Below, in pieces: positions 19,599 through 28,640 of a DNA stretch of 47,956 bases; positions within the stretch are counted from its first letter, which is position 1; each line of letters opens with the position of its first letter. Location: positions 1 through 47,956 of the IMG/VR virus record IMGVR_UViG_3300032270_000962. The stretch is one strand, 5' to 3'. The position numbers and the translations under genes were made by a program. Origin of the DNA: a virus. Lineage: Duplodnaviria; Caudoviricetes. The notes under the pieces were generated by a model. It did not search any database and was not told the origin of the DNA. It saw only the letters and a program-made list of their open reading frames with translations.

Positions 19599-19625
19599 AA
19601 GTTCAGAATACGATCCCCTCATTGA

Positions 19626-19856
19626 TTAGCGCAGTGAGTTGGACTCAAAGCGATTTGCCCAACTCTTTTGACGTGGGGCAAACTCATCTCGGAGTTCGAT
19701 GTACCCCATAGCGGCCAGTGCGACAGTGTGAAGTGCGAGAACACCAAAGGCAAAGAGTGCAGCGATCCAGTTGTTCGAGATGTTCCACACCCCGACAGCC
19801 ATGACCACGAAACTTAGCAAAGTTGATGCAATTACTCTCTTGATGTATTTGTCCAC
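19626..19856 (-). CDS. Small membrane protein
   Basis: Two TM segments; GAGG Shine-Dalgarno site after the motif copy at 19916. Confidence 0.65.
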   Translation of the reverse strand: MDKYIKRVIASTLLSFVVMAVGVWNISNNWIAALFAFGVLALHTVALAAMGYIELRDEFAPRQKSWANRFESNSLR

Positions 19857-19917
19857 GATTTATTCCTCTCGGTTGGTTCTTGATTAGATAGTAGTAGTGG
19901 TGAATCTTCTGGCGCGA

Positions 19918-20253
19918 TTAGGCGCTGATTGCGTCGGCCTCGTACTCATCGGAGAGTTCGTACTTGCCGATCTTTTCGTTCATCGCATTGTAAGCGACAT
20001 TTGAGGCGAGGTCTAAGTTCCTGAACGAACCAAGTGTCTGTGAGGTCAAGTCACTCAATCGTGCTTCGCCTTTACCCCAAGACTTTGTGACGATGAACTT
20101 TCCGTCAAGGTCGAGTGATACTCGCACGACGTACTGCTTGGTCTTGCCCTTGTAGCCGCGGTCGCCATCGCTACGAGCGACTAAGCGCCAAGCTTTGACT
20201 GAACCTCGTGCGAAGTTTGGGATACGGACTGTGGTGTTTGTGGTGTTTTCCAT
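19918..20253 (-). CDS. WGR-domain-like protein
   Basis: KQY.V.......V.KSWGK...A......EK..KY pattern; ATG at +35 of the motif copy at 20288. Confidence 0.55.
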   Translation of the reverse strand: MENTTNTTVRIPNFARGSVKAWRLVARSDGDRGYKGKTKQYVVRVSLDLDGKFIVTKSWGKGEARLSDLTSQTLGSFRNLDLASNVAYNAMNEKIGKYELSDEYEADAISA

Positions 20254-20332
20254 ATCTCAACTATGACGGACACTCATCGGCCAACGCATACCGGGAATGC
20301 GCTCACGGATGATCGATCTCTACTATCTAGTT

Positions 20333-20470
20333 ATGGAACAAATGACCCACGACACCGACCTATCCAATTGCTGTGGTGTATTCACCACGTATATGCAAGT
20401 AGGCGAAGACCAGAACGGCGAGACCATTTGGGGACTTTGCTGTAAGGGATGTTACGCCGAACTCGAATAG
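20333..20470 (+). CDS. 45-aa Cys-rich protein (missing from ORF track)
   Basis: MEQMTHDTDLSNCCG...CCKGCYAELE*; ATG at +35 of the motif copy at 20298; the stop codon abuts the motif copy at 20471. Confidence 0.65.
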   Translation: MEQMTHDTDLSNCCGVFTTYMQVGEDQNGETIWGLCCKGCYAELE

Positions 20471-20525
20471 TGCGCCAACGAATGAGTCCAACCTATTCTC
20501 ATATCACCAACCAAAGGAGCAACTT

Positions 20526-20948
20526 GTGTCAGATGTAGTCAGCAGTGAACTCACCAAGAAAGTGTCGGCAGATATCCAAGCCGCGATAGCACCAATCCTT
20601 GCCAAGCACGGACTCACACTCACGAAGTTCACATCAAAGTATGGCGATAGTTATGGTGTGTCAATTTCAGCCTCGCCAGTAATTCTTGACGAGAGTGGTG
20701 TGAACACGGCCAGCAACGAGGCGATTTACTACACACGGTTCGGACACACTGCTTGGTTAGGCAAAGAACTAAGTGACCGAGTGGAACTCACTGCCAAACT
20801 TGGCACGAAGTTTAAGTCGGGTGCTAATGAATACAAGTTCGTTGGTGTTCGCACAAGAGGCAAGAACAAGATCGTTGCCGAAAGAGATGGCAAGAGTTTC
20901 GTGTTCGCCGATACGATTATCCCAACACTCAACAAGGCAAGCAAGTAA
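20526..20948 (+). CDS. Hypothetical protein
   Basis: AAAGGAG Shine-Dalgarno site plus GTG, downstream of the motif copy at 20471. Confidence 0.7.
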   Translation: MSDVVSSELTKKVSADIQAAIAPILAKHGLTLTKFTSKYGDSYGVSISASPVILDESGVNTASNEAIYYTRFGHTAWLGKELSDRVELTAKLGTKFKSGANEYKFVGVRTRGKNKIVAERDGKSFVFADTIIPTLNKASK

Positions 20949-21187
20949 CGAGAGGGCTGCCCAATCCATGACACCGAAGAAGAAAGTCACTATCGAGTTC
21001 TCAATCCCTGCCGACTGGAGTGCCAACGATTTCATCTTGGAACTCGCCGGGGCGTACGTGGAAGCAGATGAGGAAGCCGCAACTCAAGTTGATTACATCG
21101 TTATCGGGGGCATGGAATGAAAGTTGAGTGCATCGTTACTGAAGGCCCTAGAATGAACACCATCAACCTAAACCCAAGGAGGGTGAA

Positions 21188-21373
21188 ATGAATACCATAA
21201 AGAGAGCCGTCTACCATTGTTTATGGGCAGTGTCCTGCTGGGCAGATGCCAAGTCAATGAAGATACTTATTGACCTGAGTACCAACGATCCGATGTTTAT
21301 CGATGGCAGATACCAGAACGAGATAAAGTTTCGGTCTATCACAGGCCGCTCGCGTGGATTTACCCAACAATGA
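21188..21373 (+). CDS. Hypothetical protein
   Basis: AAGGAGG Shine-Dalgarno site; flanked by duplicated gene starts. Confidence 0.55.
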   Translation: MNTIKRAVYHCLWAVSCWADAKSMKILIDLSTNDPMFIDGRYQNEIKFRSITGRSRGFTQQ

Positions 21374-21546
21374 AAGTTGAGTGCATTGTTTCGTGCGTCA
21401 TCACCGTTGATGTCGCCACACCAGTAATGCCAATCACATCAGATGCCATCATCGAGGCTCTAGCCAAGCACGAGTTCTTCTGCAAACTTCCAAAGCTGAC
21501 CCCCGATGACCTGTCCGTAGAAATACTAGAAATGGAGACCATGTGA
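21370..21546 (+). CDS. 58-aa hypothetical protein (missing from ORF track)
   Basis: MKVECIVSCV...EMETM*; ATGA/GTGA overlaps at both ends. Confidence 0.55.
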   Translation: MKVECIVSCVITVDVATPVMPITSDAIIEALAKHEFFCKLPKLTPDDLSVEILEMETM

Positions 21547-21881
21547 GCGAGAACACGTACAGAACAGCAAAGACCGTACTCATCACCATCGCACTGACTA
21601 TTGCATCAGTATTCGCATTTTCGTACCTGAGCAAGCAGCGGGTCGAGAACAGTGAGTTCTTTTGCACTGGCGCACCCGTAGTAGTCCAAGAGGGCGACAC
21701 GCTCTACTGGATAGCTCGTATGAACTGTGACGGGAACTTTATGGAAGCAGTGAACAGGCTCGTAGAGCTGTACGGCACGACACTCACCATTGGTGACACC
21801 ATCTATCTACCTACCCATAACAGTTGCGAACTTCGCCTAACTGATGGTGGCGAAATGATAGAGGACTGTATTGCCCCCTAA
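21543..21881 (+). CDS. Membrane-anchored LysM-domain protein
   Basis: N-terminal TM segment; VVVQEGDTLYWIAR...LTIGDTIYLP. Confidence 0.7.
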   Translation: MSENTYRTAKTVLITIALTIASVFAFSYLSKQRVENSEFFCTGAPVVVQEGDTLYWIARMNCDGNFMEAVNRLVELYGTTLTIGDTIYLPTHNSCELRLTDGGEMIEDCIAP

Positions 21882-21929
21882 TGGTAATCTTGTTTGCAAC
21901 AACTATTCGGAACCCGGAACGGAAGTGAA

Positions 21930-22091
21930 ATGAAAGAAACTGAAATACTCTCACTACTCGACAAGGCCCTAGTGAATATCTCTAGTCGTGAACTTGTCGC
22001 CTCTAGCGAGATGACAGATCTACTTCTGGACATCAGGCTTCACCTAATGATCGCCGCAGAAAGCTCGGATGCAAAGTGCGTCAGCGAATGA
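21930..22091 (+). CDS. Hypothetical protein
   Basis: ORF track, start moved to the ATG at 21930; ends inside the motif copy at 22077. Confidence 0.55.
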   Translation: MKETEILSLLDKALVNISSRELVASSEMTDLLLDIRLHLMIAAESSDAKCVSE

Positions 22092-22111
22092 GGCAGGGTT
22101 AAGTTCTAGGT

Positions 22112-22471
22112 ATGGGAACAACACGTACAGAGACCAACGGCTATTTCATATCCACCACGGGCGACATTCGTAAGCACGTACAGCATCGAATGAATCAGGT
22201 TGGCGAACTTATCGGTGCGCGAACTGGATTCTTTGACATAGTGTATGCCACGACCCTTGACCGAGTGTTTCTACTTTGGGTGGACGACACTGGCCTAATT
22301 GACCAACGACCATTCAACCCATTCGCAAGTTTGATCGCAGGACGCCCCCTGTTCGGCGATGTTTTTGTGACGGGTGATGAGGACGAAGAGGGTCGAGTTC
22401 TAGACTTGGACTACGACTTCTTTGACGAATGGTTCGCAAACGGACTAGGAGTGGCCCTAGCGGCTGAATAA
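22112..22471 (+). CDS. DUF3846-like protein
   Basis: LWVDDTGL....PFNPFAS...LFGDVFVTG; ATG at +35 of the motif copy at 22077. Confidence 0.7.
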   Translation: MGTTRTETNGYFISTTGDIRKHVQHRMNQVGELIGARTGFFDIVYATTLDRVFLLWVDDTGLIDQRPFNPFASLIAGRPLFGDVFVTGDEDEEGRVLDLDYDFFDEWFANGLGVALAAE

Positions 22472-22488
22472 GAAGTGGTACTGTCGTC

Positions 22489-22740
22489 TTGATGCAGCAC
22501 CCAATATCTGAACAGAACTTTCGCCCTCTCACCTCGTTGCTCGAAGACGGATACGCAGTCACGGTAGAGCTTGGGGACCTGGTCCAAGATAAGCAAGTGT
22601 GGCGCGATCAAGCTTTACGTGTCACCGTAGTGAACAACACTGGCGACACCAAGTGGGAACTATTCCGGGGAGCGCACTCTCTACTGAATGCCAAGAAGTG
22701 GCTCGACAAGACCACCGATGGAGTAGTGAAGTCCTTCTAG
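22489..22740 (+). CDS. Hypothetical protein
   Basis: ORF track. Confidence 0.55.
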   Translation: MMQHPISEQNFRPLTSLLEDGYAVTVELGDLVQDKQVWRDQALRVTVVNNTGDTKWELFRGAHSLLNAKKWLDKTTDGVVKSF

Positions 22741-22759
22741 AGAACGAATACCTCTTGAG

Positions 22760-22844
22760 TGCCGGGCCCCGCAGGCGCTCACCAACCATGATCAGCATGA
22801 CCTGCATCAAGAAGGAGGTGTTGGGAATGTCACGAAGCCCGGCA
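22760..22844 (-). ncRNA. Candidate 85-nt structured small RNA containing an anti-Shine-Dalgarno tract
   Basis: TATAAT (22856-22851) lies 6 nt before a 14-bp closing stem UGCCGGGCUUCGUG/UGCGGGGCCCGGCA; internal CACCUCCUUCU. Confidence 0.5.
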
Positions 22845-23028
22845 GACCAAATTATACATGCCAGGCCCGTGTGTTGAGGGTATTTACTCTCTGCCCCAGC
22901 TTGTCGGGTGAGCAACCCTTGATGTCTGCTCTTGCTGCCTCCGTCGAGGTCTGATTGACCCTCGGATTACAGCCAGCAATACACGCATGGTGCTTGGACG
23001 TTTAGTGAAGTTCTTTTCAGCAATCATG

Positions 23029-23280
23029 CTATTTCTTTGCCTTGCTTGCTTGTCTCACTACATCGACTGGATTGGCGCCAAGCGCTCCGCAGATACGAAA
23101 GAAGGTATCCATTGATGGTGCGAAGTGACCGTTCTCAATGCGATTGACCGTCTTACGATCTACGCCGGCCTTCTGAGCTAGTGCCTCTTGGGAGATTTCC
23201 CGCTTCAGTCGAAGTCCGTGAAGGTTGCTCATTACACCAAATGTGAAACGCTCTGCCTCTTTGTTGGTTCTCTTTTTCAT
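23029..23280 (-). CDS. XRE-family helix-turn-helix regulator
   Basis: LRLKREISQEALAQKAGVDRKTVNRIENGHFAPS. Confidence 0.9.
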   Translation of the reverse strand: MKKRTNKEAERFTFGVMSNLHGLRLKREISQEALAQKAGVDRKTVNRIENGHFAPSMDTFFRICGALGANPVDVVRQASKAKK

Positions 23281-23291
23281 CGTATTGCTCC

Positions 23292-23495
23292 TTATGAGTT
23301 CGCCGCCGGAAATTGGCGACCTGTTGTGGTTGTTATCTGTTTATTCGATATGACATCAATAATCGCCACGTCATCGTAGCCTCGTCGTTTGTAGAAATTA
23401 CATACAGCCTCTGCCGTTTTAAGGGTGAGATGCCAATCGGTAACCTCGGCTCCGCCTACGAAGACGGTGTATTTAGCTTCTGCTGCTTGCCCCAC
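23292..23495 (-). CDS. Hypothetical protein
   Basis: ORF track; AAGGAG Shine-Dalgarno site. Confidence 0.6.
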   Translation of the reverse strand: MGQAAEAKYTVFVGGAEVTDWHLTLKTAEAVCNFYKRRGYDDVAIIDVISNKQITTTTGRQFPAANS

Positions 23496-23502
23496 GAACT
23501 AT

Positions 23503-23949
23503 CTACTCCTTGCTGTCCTGCATTAGGACCTGGATAGCGTCAGCGAGTGAGCCTCGGGCTCTACCTAAGTCAATGATTGTCTCGTCAGGAGTGTCAGCAA
23601 AGCGCAGAACGCTCGTCACCTCGGTACGGCTCGCAAGTATGACAAGACGTACTCGACGGCGCTTGGGGTGTTCGCTTGGGACTACTTCACGGTTCTCTTC
23701 ATTGTCATTTTCGGGCAACGGTGCTGCCCAGCCACAAGTGACAACAGCGATGAACTCTGAACGCTTTGCCAATTCCGATGAAGCTTTGCTTTCCATGAGA
23801 TCGTAGATGTCTCCACTCTCTAGTGGTGGGGACAGCTCAACCCCAGATGATCCGTTGGTAACAGATACGAGTAGAGCTTTCTTTATGTCGAACGGGTGAG
23901 CGTCGTGTATCTGACTCTCCACCTTCTCGGCTAATTCAGTTGATGACAT
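23503..23949 (-). CDS. Hypothetical protein (GWAAP...PSEHP.RRRVRL)
   Basis: Start moved to the ATG at 23949, after a GAGG Shine-Dalgarno site. Confidence 0.65.
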   Translation of the reverse strand: MSSTELAEKVESQIHDAHPFDIKKALLVSVTNGSSGVELSPPLESGDIYDLMESKASSELAKRSEFIAVVTCGWAAPLPENDNEENREVVPSEHPKRRRVRLVILASRTEVTSVLRFADTPDETIIDLGRARGSLADAIQVLMQDSKE

Positions 23950-24019
23950 TTTCGTTGCCTCTCTTGTGGTTTTGGGTAGTGAAGTATGCCTTCTCATCAT
24001 CCTTCGGCGCATAAACCGA

Positions 24020-24379
24020 TTAGTCGGTCAAGCTCAACGCAGAACAGACCGAAAATGCATCGTAGGCATCTGTCGGGGTATCACCCCAAGACATACCACC
24101 CGTAAGTGCATAAACTTTTCCGTCAATATGAAGTGGTACGCAATCGCGGCGATCCAAGTACGAATAAACGATATCGACCTGACCGCGCAAGTATTCGAGA
24201 GCTTCCTCTTTGGTTGGCAATTCTGATTCCTCAACTCCGGCCCATGGTCCTGTTCCCCAATCGTCAAGAGTTTTCACCAAGCCAGTCAAGTCAGTATCAA
24301 CCAATTTGATGACCCTCAAGAGGGCTTCGTCTTTGCTGACTTTCATTTCGCAAACTGCAACTATTAGATCTGCACCCAT
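24020..24379 (-). CDS. Hypothetical protein (TGGMSWGD.PT motif)
   Basis: ORF track; AAGGAG Shine-Dalgarno site. Confidence 0.7.
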   Translation of the reverse strand: MGADLIVAVCEMKVSKDEALLRVIKLVDTDLTGLVKTLDDWGTGPWAGVEESELPTKEEALEYLRGQVDIVYSYLDRRDCVPLHIDGKVYALTGGMSWGDTPTDAYDAFSVCSALSLTD

Positions 24380-24531
24380 TACATCTCCTTTGCGGACGTT
24401 AGAACTTTGCTAACTGCGGCGGTCTGGACTATGAGCATCTCGTTTATCTCGGCACATTGCTCTTGAATGGAGGCACAGAGCTCGAGTATCTCTTTGCGCT
24501 CTGCTGGGGTAAGTAAGTCAGGGTTAAACAT
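24379..24531 (-). CDS. 50-aa hypothetical protein (missing from ORF track)
   Basis: MFNPDLLTPAERK...KEM*; ATG at +35 of the motif copy at 24566; TAATG coupling. Confidence 0.65.
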   Translation of the reverse strand: MFNPDLLTPAERKEILELCASIQEQCAEINEMLIVQTAAVSKVLTSAKEM

Positions 24532-24696
24532 AAGTCAAGTATGTCTGATCGTCATTAACCGACGCAGACTACCAACCCTTGTAAGACGGGTGATTACGGC
24601 GGCACTTAGTTCGAGCATCTTGGTTGTTCGTTTCCCAAATGAGATACCCGAAGGTCACCAAGAATCCGATAGTGGCTACCAGAAAGACGGTTGTCA

Positions 24697-24933
24697 TTAT
24701 TCGTACTCCTCTTCATCGTAGTCATCGAGATCGGCGTCAACATCAAACCATTTCATAACGGTCAGCAGAACGTTGTCGTAATCTCCTGAAGTTGCTTCAG
24801 CTTTGAATGCTTCCCACTCACTATCTGGCAAGCCGGCCCGACGCATTACACGCTTGACGCGACCAAGTATGGCGAAGGCGTTTCCATCCTCGCCCACCAT
24901 TGGGACATTTATTTTTGGGTACTTTGTTTCCAT
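24697..24933 (-). CDS. Conserved phage hypothetical protein (GEDGNAF...SGDY family)
   Basis: VGEDGNAFAILGRV...ATSGDYDNVL; ATG at +35 of the motif copy at 24968. Confidence 0.75.
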   Translation of the reverse strand: METKYPKINVPMVGEDGNAFAILGRVKRVMRRAGLPDSEWEAFKAEATSGDYDNVLLTVMKWFDVDADLDDYDEEEYE

Positions 24934-25021
24934 ACACTCACCATAGTCAGTATTCATCCACCAGCGCAAGTACCACTTCAGGGAGTTGCGTTAGTGGATG
25001 GGGGCAGGGCATACTTGACCC

Positions 25022-25351
25022 ATGACCAAATCACACAAGTTCGCCATGTACACCAAGAAGGGCAATAAAGAAATTGCCCGGCTTGCCGAGCTCATGCTCA
25101 AAGAGGAGACAATCTTTGCTCTTGATATCGGCCAAGTAGTTCACCAATTCGAGCAATACATCGAATCCGAACACAGCTCGTTCTGCGCAGCACACAGCGA
25201 ATACGGAGACACGGCTGTTCGTGATGAGCTGTACGAGTTTTTTGAGAAGCGACTGGGCGCACCCAAGTTCACCAATGTCATAATCATGCCGAACGTGATC
25301 TGCTACGAATCCGATCTAGTTCCTGCGCCAGTAAATGATGGAAGGGCATAA
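25022..25351 (+). CDS. Hypothetical protein
   Basis: ATG at +35 of the motif copy at 24987; the C-terminus APVNDGRA is encoded by the motif copy at 25324. Confidence 0.7.
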   Translation: MTKSHKFAMYTKKGNKEIARLAELMLKEETIFALDIGQVVHQFEQYIESEHSSFCAAHSEYGDTAVRDELYEFFEKRLGAPKFTNVIIMPNVICYESDLVPAPVNDGRA

Positions 25352-25358
25352 TAAATCC

Positions 25359-25682
25359 ATGACAACTTTCACTTCACCACTTGCCGCAAGTATCATCGAA
25401 TCCAACGAACAGACTCCCCCAGAGTTCAGGTTGATCTGCAAGGGTCTTACGATCCATATGAACGGACAAGACCTTTACATCCACGATCTCGTCAAGCAAA
25501 GCGAGCGAGTAGTCGGAGACTGCTTCGCATCGTGGATCGTGCTGTTCGAGCGCGACGCGAGCAATCGTGATCCTTGGGTAGTGTGGCGCTTGATCGCAAG
25601 GACCGAGGGTTGGGTTCTTGAGTCAGGAACGTACTGCATGACCGAGGAAGAGGGTCGCAAGGCTTTCGCACTTCGCGCATAA
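25359..25682 (+). CDS. Hypothetical protein
   Basis: ATG at +35 of the motif copy at 25324; the stop codon abuts the motif copy at 25683. Confidence 0.7.
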   Translation: MTTFTSPLAASIIESNEQTPPEFRLICKGLTIHMNGQDLYIHDLVKQSERVVGDCFASWIVLFERDASNRDPWVVWRLIARTEGWVLESGTYCMTEEEGRKAFALRA

Positions 25683-25742
25683 CGCGCCGACAGATGACAG
25701 TCCGACATACTCAATCAACACCAATGCCAGAGGAGGCAAGAC

Positions 25743-26129
25743 ATGGGAGATAGATACTGCGTCGGTTTCACAGCCGGGAGCAATAACAAAGAGCGCCGAG
25801 TGTGGCTCTATTCGCATTGGGGCGGCAACGTTCGACTCCAAGACATTGCAGAAGCCATCACGAAAGCCGGCCCACGCTGGTCAGATGACAGCTATGCGAC
25901 ACGTATCGCAATCTCAACACTTGTTGGCGATGGCTGGAATGAAGAGACAGGCTGGGGCATTGAGGCTGGACCTCATTGCACTATCCACACGGAGTACCCA
26001 CCACTTTTGGTGAACTGGGCGCACCAGACTGTTACCGAGTTCGCTGATCGGGGTTTTGATTTTGATACCGAACCCGAAGCGGTCGCTGTTTATTCATTTG
26101 ACCAATTCTGCAGCAAGGTGGACGCATGA
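25743..26129 (+). CDS. Hypothetical protein (MGDR...LYSHWGG family)
   Basis: GGAGG Shine-Dalgarno site; LYSHWGG...RW.D.SY.TRI. Confidence 0.7.
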   Translation: MGDRYCVGFTAGSNNKERRVWLYSHWGGNVRLQDIAEAITKAGPRWSDDSYATRIAISTLVGDGWNEETGWGIEAGPHCTIHTEYPPLLVNWAHQTVTEFADRGFDFDTEPEAVAVYSFDQFCSKVDA

Positions 26130-26431
26130 TCAACGACAAGATTACGCCGAACCCATTGCTACACGTCTGGCTCGACGCTCCCGGTATCTACGATGAGCTC
26201 GCACACATGGCAGATCCGGAAATGGGCAACTCAAGTGATTTACGGCTTGCCGCCGAGTATTTGATGAGCAAGACTGCCGAAGAGATCGAGATGGTGGGCT
26301 GGGAAGTCATGAGCGATGACGAAGTGTGGGAAGCACTCAACGCATCAATCAAGGAATCCGTTATTCGTATTGCGAAGGCTCTCCGGGCGGCAGAGGAAGT
26401 GGTACCATCGTTGAATGGGAACGAAGCCTGA
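26126..26431 (+). CDS. Hypothetical protein
   Basis: ORF track; ATGA overlap. Confidence 0.6.
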   Translation: MINDKITPNPLLHVWLDAPGIYDELAHMADPEMGNSSDLRLAAEYLMSKTAEEIEMVGWEVMSDDEVWEALNASIKESVIRIAKALRAAEEVVPSLNGNEA

Positions 26432-26786
26432 AACACGCAAGTCAAAGCCCGAAACCGAACTGGTCAAGATGACCTACGACCAACTAGAGATAGCTCTAGT
26501 GGCTCTGTCGATTAGGCAAGAGGAGTTGCGTGAAGCCAGGTCCATGGAGAACAACCGCGAGCTTGAGATTCTTTGGACAGTCTGCGACAAGATGGATGAG
26601 GCACAACGTCGTCTCGAGACTCGTATGTCAACCGAAGCCGAACAGTGGCTGAACGAGCTCACCGAGAAGTTTCCACCGAAGGCGAAGGCACCGAAGGCCA
26701 AGTCAAACAGAAGAGCCGCACCCGGCAAGAGCCCAGTCAAGCGTCAAAGCTTGCTCTGGCGGCTGTCTAGGATCACCCGGCTATAG
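26415..26786 (+). CDS. Hypothetical protein
   Basis: ORF track. Confidence 0.55.
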   Translation: MGTKPETRKSKPETELVKMTYDQLEIALVALSIRQEELREARSMENNRELEILWTVCDKMDEAQRRLETRMSTEAEQWLNELTEKFPPKAKAPKAKSNRRAAPGKSPVKRQSLLWRLSRITRL

Positions 26787-26823
26787 CCAGATTTACCATT
26801 TGACGGTGGAGGATGAGGTCGGG

Positions 26824-27054
26824 TTAGAGGGACTGAATCTCGAAGTCCACGTCAGTAACGGTGCTCTCTAAGTTTTCCCAGCCGTAGTAATCAACCATGA
26901 GGTCAATGGCTGCCTTGAGGGCAACTTCCTTCCACGTTTCGTCATCATCCTCATCGATTGGCCCCGGCACACCGACACATACGCGCATGGCGTAGTAGTC
27001 GCCGATCAGGGTCACCGATACTTCTACCTCTGTTGCTTCTGGTGCTTTGGTCAT
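26824..27054 (-). CDS. Hypothetical acidic protein
   Basis: ATG at +35 of the motif copy at 27089. Confidence 0.65.
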   Translation of the reverse strand: MTKAPEATEVEVSVTLIGDYYAMRVCVGVPGPIDEDDDETWKEVALKAAIDLMVDYYGWENLESTVTDVDFEIQSL

Positions 27055-27081
27055 ACCAACACCATAGAGAACGGTCATTCG

Positions 27082-27279
27082 TTAGCGCACGTCTCCAAGT
27101 CGCTCAAATGGTCCATCGCAGTACCTATTCAGTACGCGGCGAACAAGGTCAGGTACTGCCTCACCGGTGACATCTGCTCGAAGCTCAAGCTCGTCATAGA
27201 GCTCTTTGCTTACTCGAAGTGTCTTGAGGGTACGCCTTGTCGCCGCCACCTTAGTGCTACTAGAACCCTTGCTTGGCAT
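27082..27279 (-). CDS. Ribbon-helix-helix-like DNA-binding protein
   Basis: LKTLRVSKELYDELELRADVTGEAVPDLVRRVL; start moved to the ATG at 27279. Confidence 0.6.
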   Translation of the reverse strand: MPSKGSSSTKVAATRRTLKTLRVSKELYDELELRADVTGEAVPDLVRRVLNRYCDGPFERLGDVR

Positions 27280-27706
27280 TGAGACCGTCTGCGTGTTGAC
27301 GCATCTTGACATAACGCTTGTATCGGGCTTTGGCAGTCTTGGCTTGATCTGCTGCGACCTTTGCTTTGGTGTTGCGTGACTTCGCATACTCGGATTTCTG
27401 AACCGCACGAAGCATTACGCCCTCACGCTTTGAAGTGACGCAAGCTAGGTGCGCCCGACGCCAGGCCACCATGTCGGCCACGTTGTAGATGAACCCTAGT
27501 CCACCTACTCGACCACCAACGATTGCTACTGGCTTCGGACCTGGAGTTTTACTTGCTCGAAGTGCGTTGTTCAGCCGCATAACTTTGGTTTTTGGATTAC
27601 CTTGCATCAACTTGCCGGCGATCTCGCCGAGCGTTGCTGTTCCTTTTGGATGATCGCCGTATTGGTATACGGGCCACATTTCAAAACTAGGTGATTTCTT
27701 TTTCAT
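27260..27706 (-). CDS. Basic hypothetical protein, possibly DNA-binding
   Basis: AAGGAGG Shine-Dalgarno site before the ATG at 27706; upstream canonical-looking TTGTGA-N17-TATCAT promoter. Confidence 0.6.
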   Translation of the reverse strand: MKKKSPSFEMWPVYQYGDHPKGTATLGEIAGKLMQGNPKTKVMRLNNALRASKTPGPKPVAIVGGRVGGLGFIYNVADMVAWRRAHLACVTSKREGVMLRAVQKSEYAKSRNTKAKVAADQAKTAKARYKRYVKMRQHADGLNAKQGF

Positions 27707-27760
27707 GTATCCTCCTTCGGATAATTTAATGATAGACACGGAAGTGGGTTTTCACAACCC

Positions 27761-28228
27761 CTACCAAGAAGAGTGATACTGAAACTCCCACTCTTCGGGC
27801 ATGGCGAGTGCCATTTCAATGATCTCGATGGTCTCATCAATGCCCCCGAAGTACCACTCGTCATATTCGGTGCTACCAAAGAAGAAGCCACTCGCTGTTG
27901 GCAGTAAGCCATCAGCCTTGCTGTGGTCAGATTTGACTTCCTTGCAAGTGTTCAGGAGGCTCTCCAACTGCTCACGATCAACGTATGAGTTTCGGCAGTC
28001 GTCAACACCATCCTGACAGTTGGTTACAAACCATTCGTGAATGGCATTCTGTTTACGCCAGTAGCCGACGCTGACTTCGAGGTAGATGTGTGGGTGTTCC
28101 ACTTTGTCAAGAACTGCGCCAACACCAGAGGCTTGCTTCAGTTTCGCAAACTCTTCTCTAGTGTCGCTCGGACGCCACTCAGCTGCTGAGTGATACTTCT
28201 TGGCTGACAGATACATGTCTAATCCCAT
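27761..28228 (-). CDS. Conserved phage hypothetical protein (MGLDMY...YWRK.NAIH.WF...GFFFG family)
   Basis: Characteristic motifs; AAGGAG Shine-Dalgarno site. Confidence 0.75.
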   Translation of the reverse strand: MGLDMYLSAKKYHSAAEWRPSDTREEFAKLKQASGVGAVLDKVEHPHIYLEVSVGYWRKQNAIHEWFVTNCQDGVDDCRNSYVDREQLESLLNTCKEVKSDHSKADGLLPTASGFFFGSTEYDEWYFGGIDETIEIIEMALAMPEEWEFQYHSSW

Positions 28229-28256
28229 AGCTGTTTCTCCTTAGTAGTAGGTAGGT

Positions 28257-28640
28257 TTAGTATTCCTCATCCTCATCGTCCGACGCATCGTCTTCGACCT
28301 CGGCCATCTGCGAGATGAGCGATACAAAGCCAGCATTTGGATCAACGTCGTTGTGCCAAACCGCATTTACGAACCTGAGCGAGCAAGACTCATCCCACCA
28401 GCCGTGAATGGTTTTGAGCATCTCGCTTGGTGACCCCGTGAAGTTTCGGTCAGTGCAATCAGCACCGTTGTAGTTCTTTGCGAACCACTCAGCTTCTTCC
28501 TGATCCATTGCGAGATAGATTTTGTGGCAACCATCAAAGGCGATCAAGACTGCATCGTTGATGTATTCCTCAACGGCGGCCCAACCCTCGACAAGGTCAT
28601 CTTGGTTATGTGGTGCGAACTCAGTTTGTAGTTTTGTCAT
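28257..28640 (-). CDS. Hypothetical protein, paralogue of 18456..18824
   Basis: ATG at +35 of the motif copy at 28675. Confidence 0.75.
   Translation of the reverse strand: MTKLQTEFAPHNQDDLVEGWAAVEEYINDAVLIAFDGCHKIYLAMDQEEAEWFAKNYNGADCTDRNFTGSPSEMLKTIHGWWDESCSLRFVNAVWHNDVDPNAGFVSLISQMAEVEDDASDDEDEEY

Noticed and set aside
27761-28228. Enzyme assignment (e.g. kinase) for the MGLDMY...GFFFG protein
   Set aside because: No nucleotide-binding motif is visible, so it is left as a conserved hypothetical protein.
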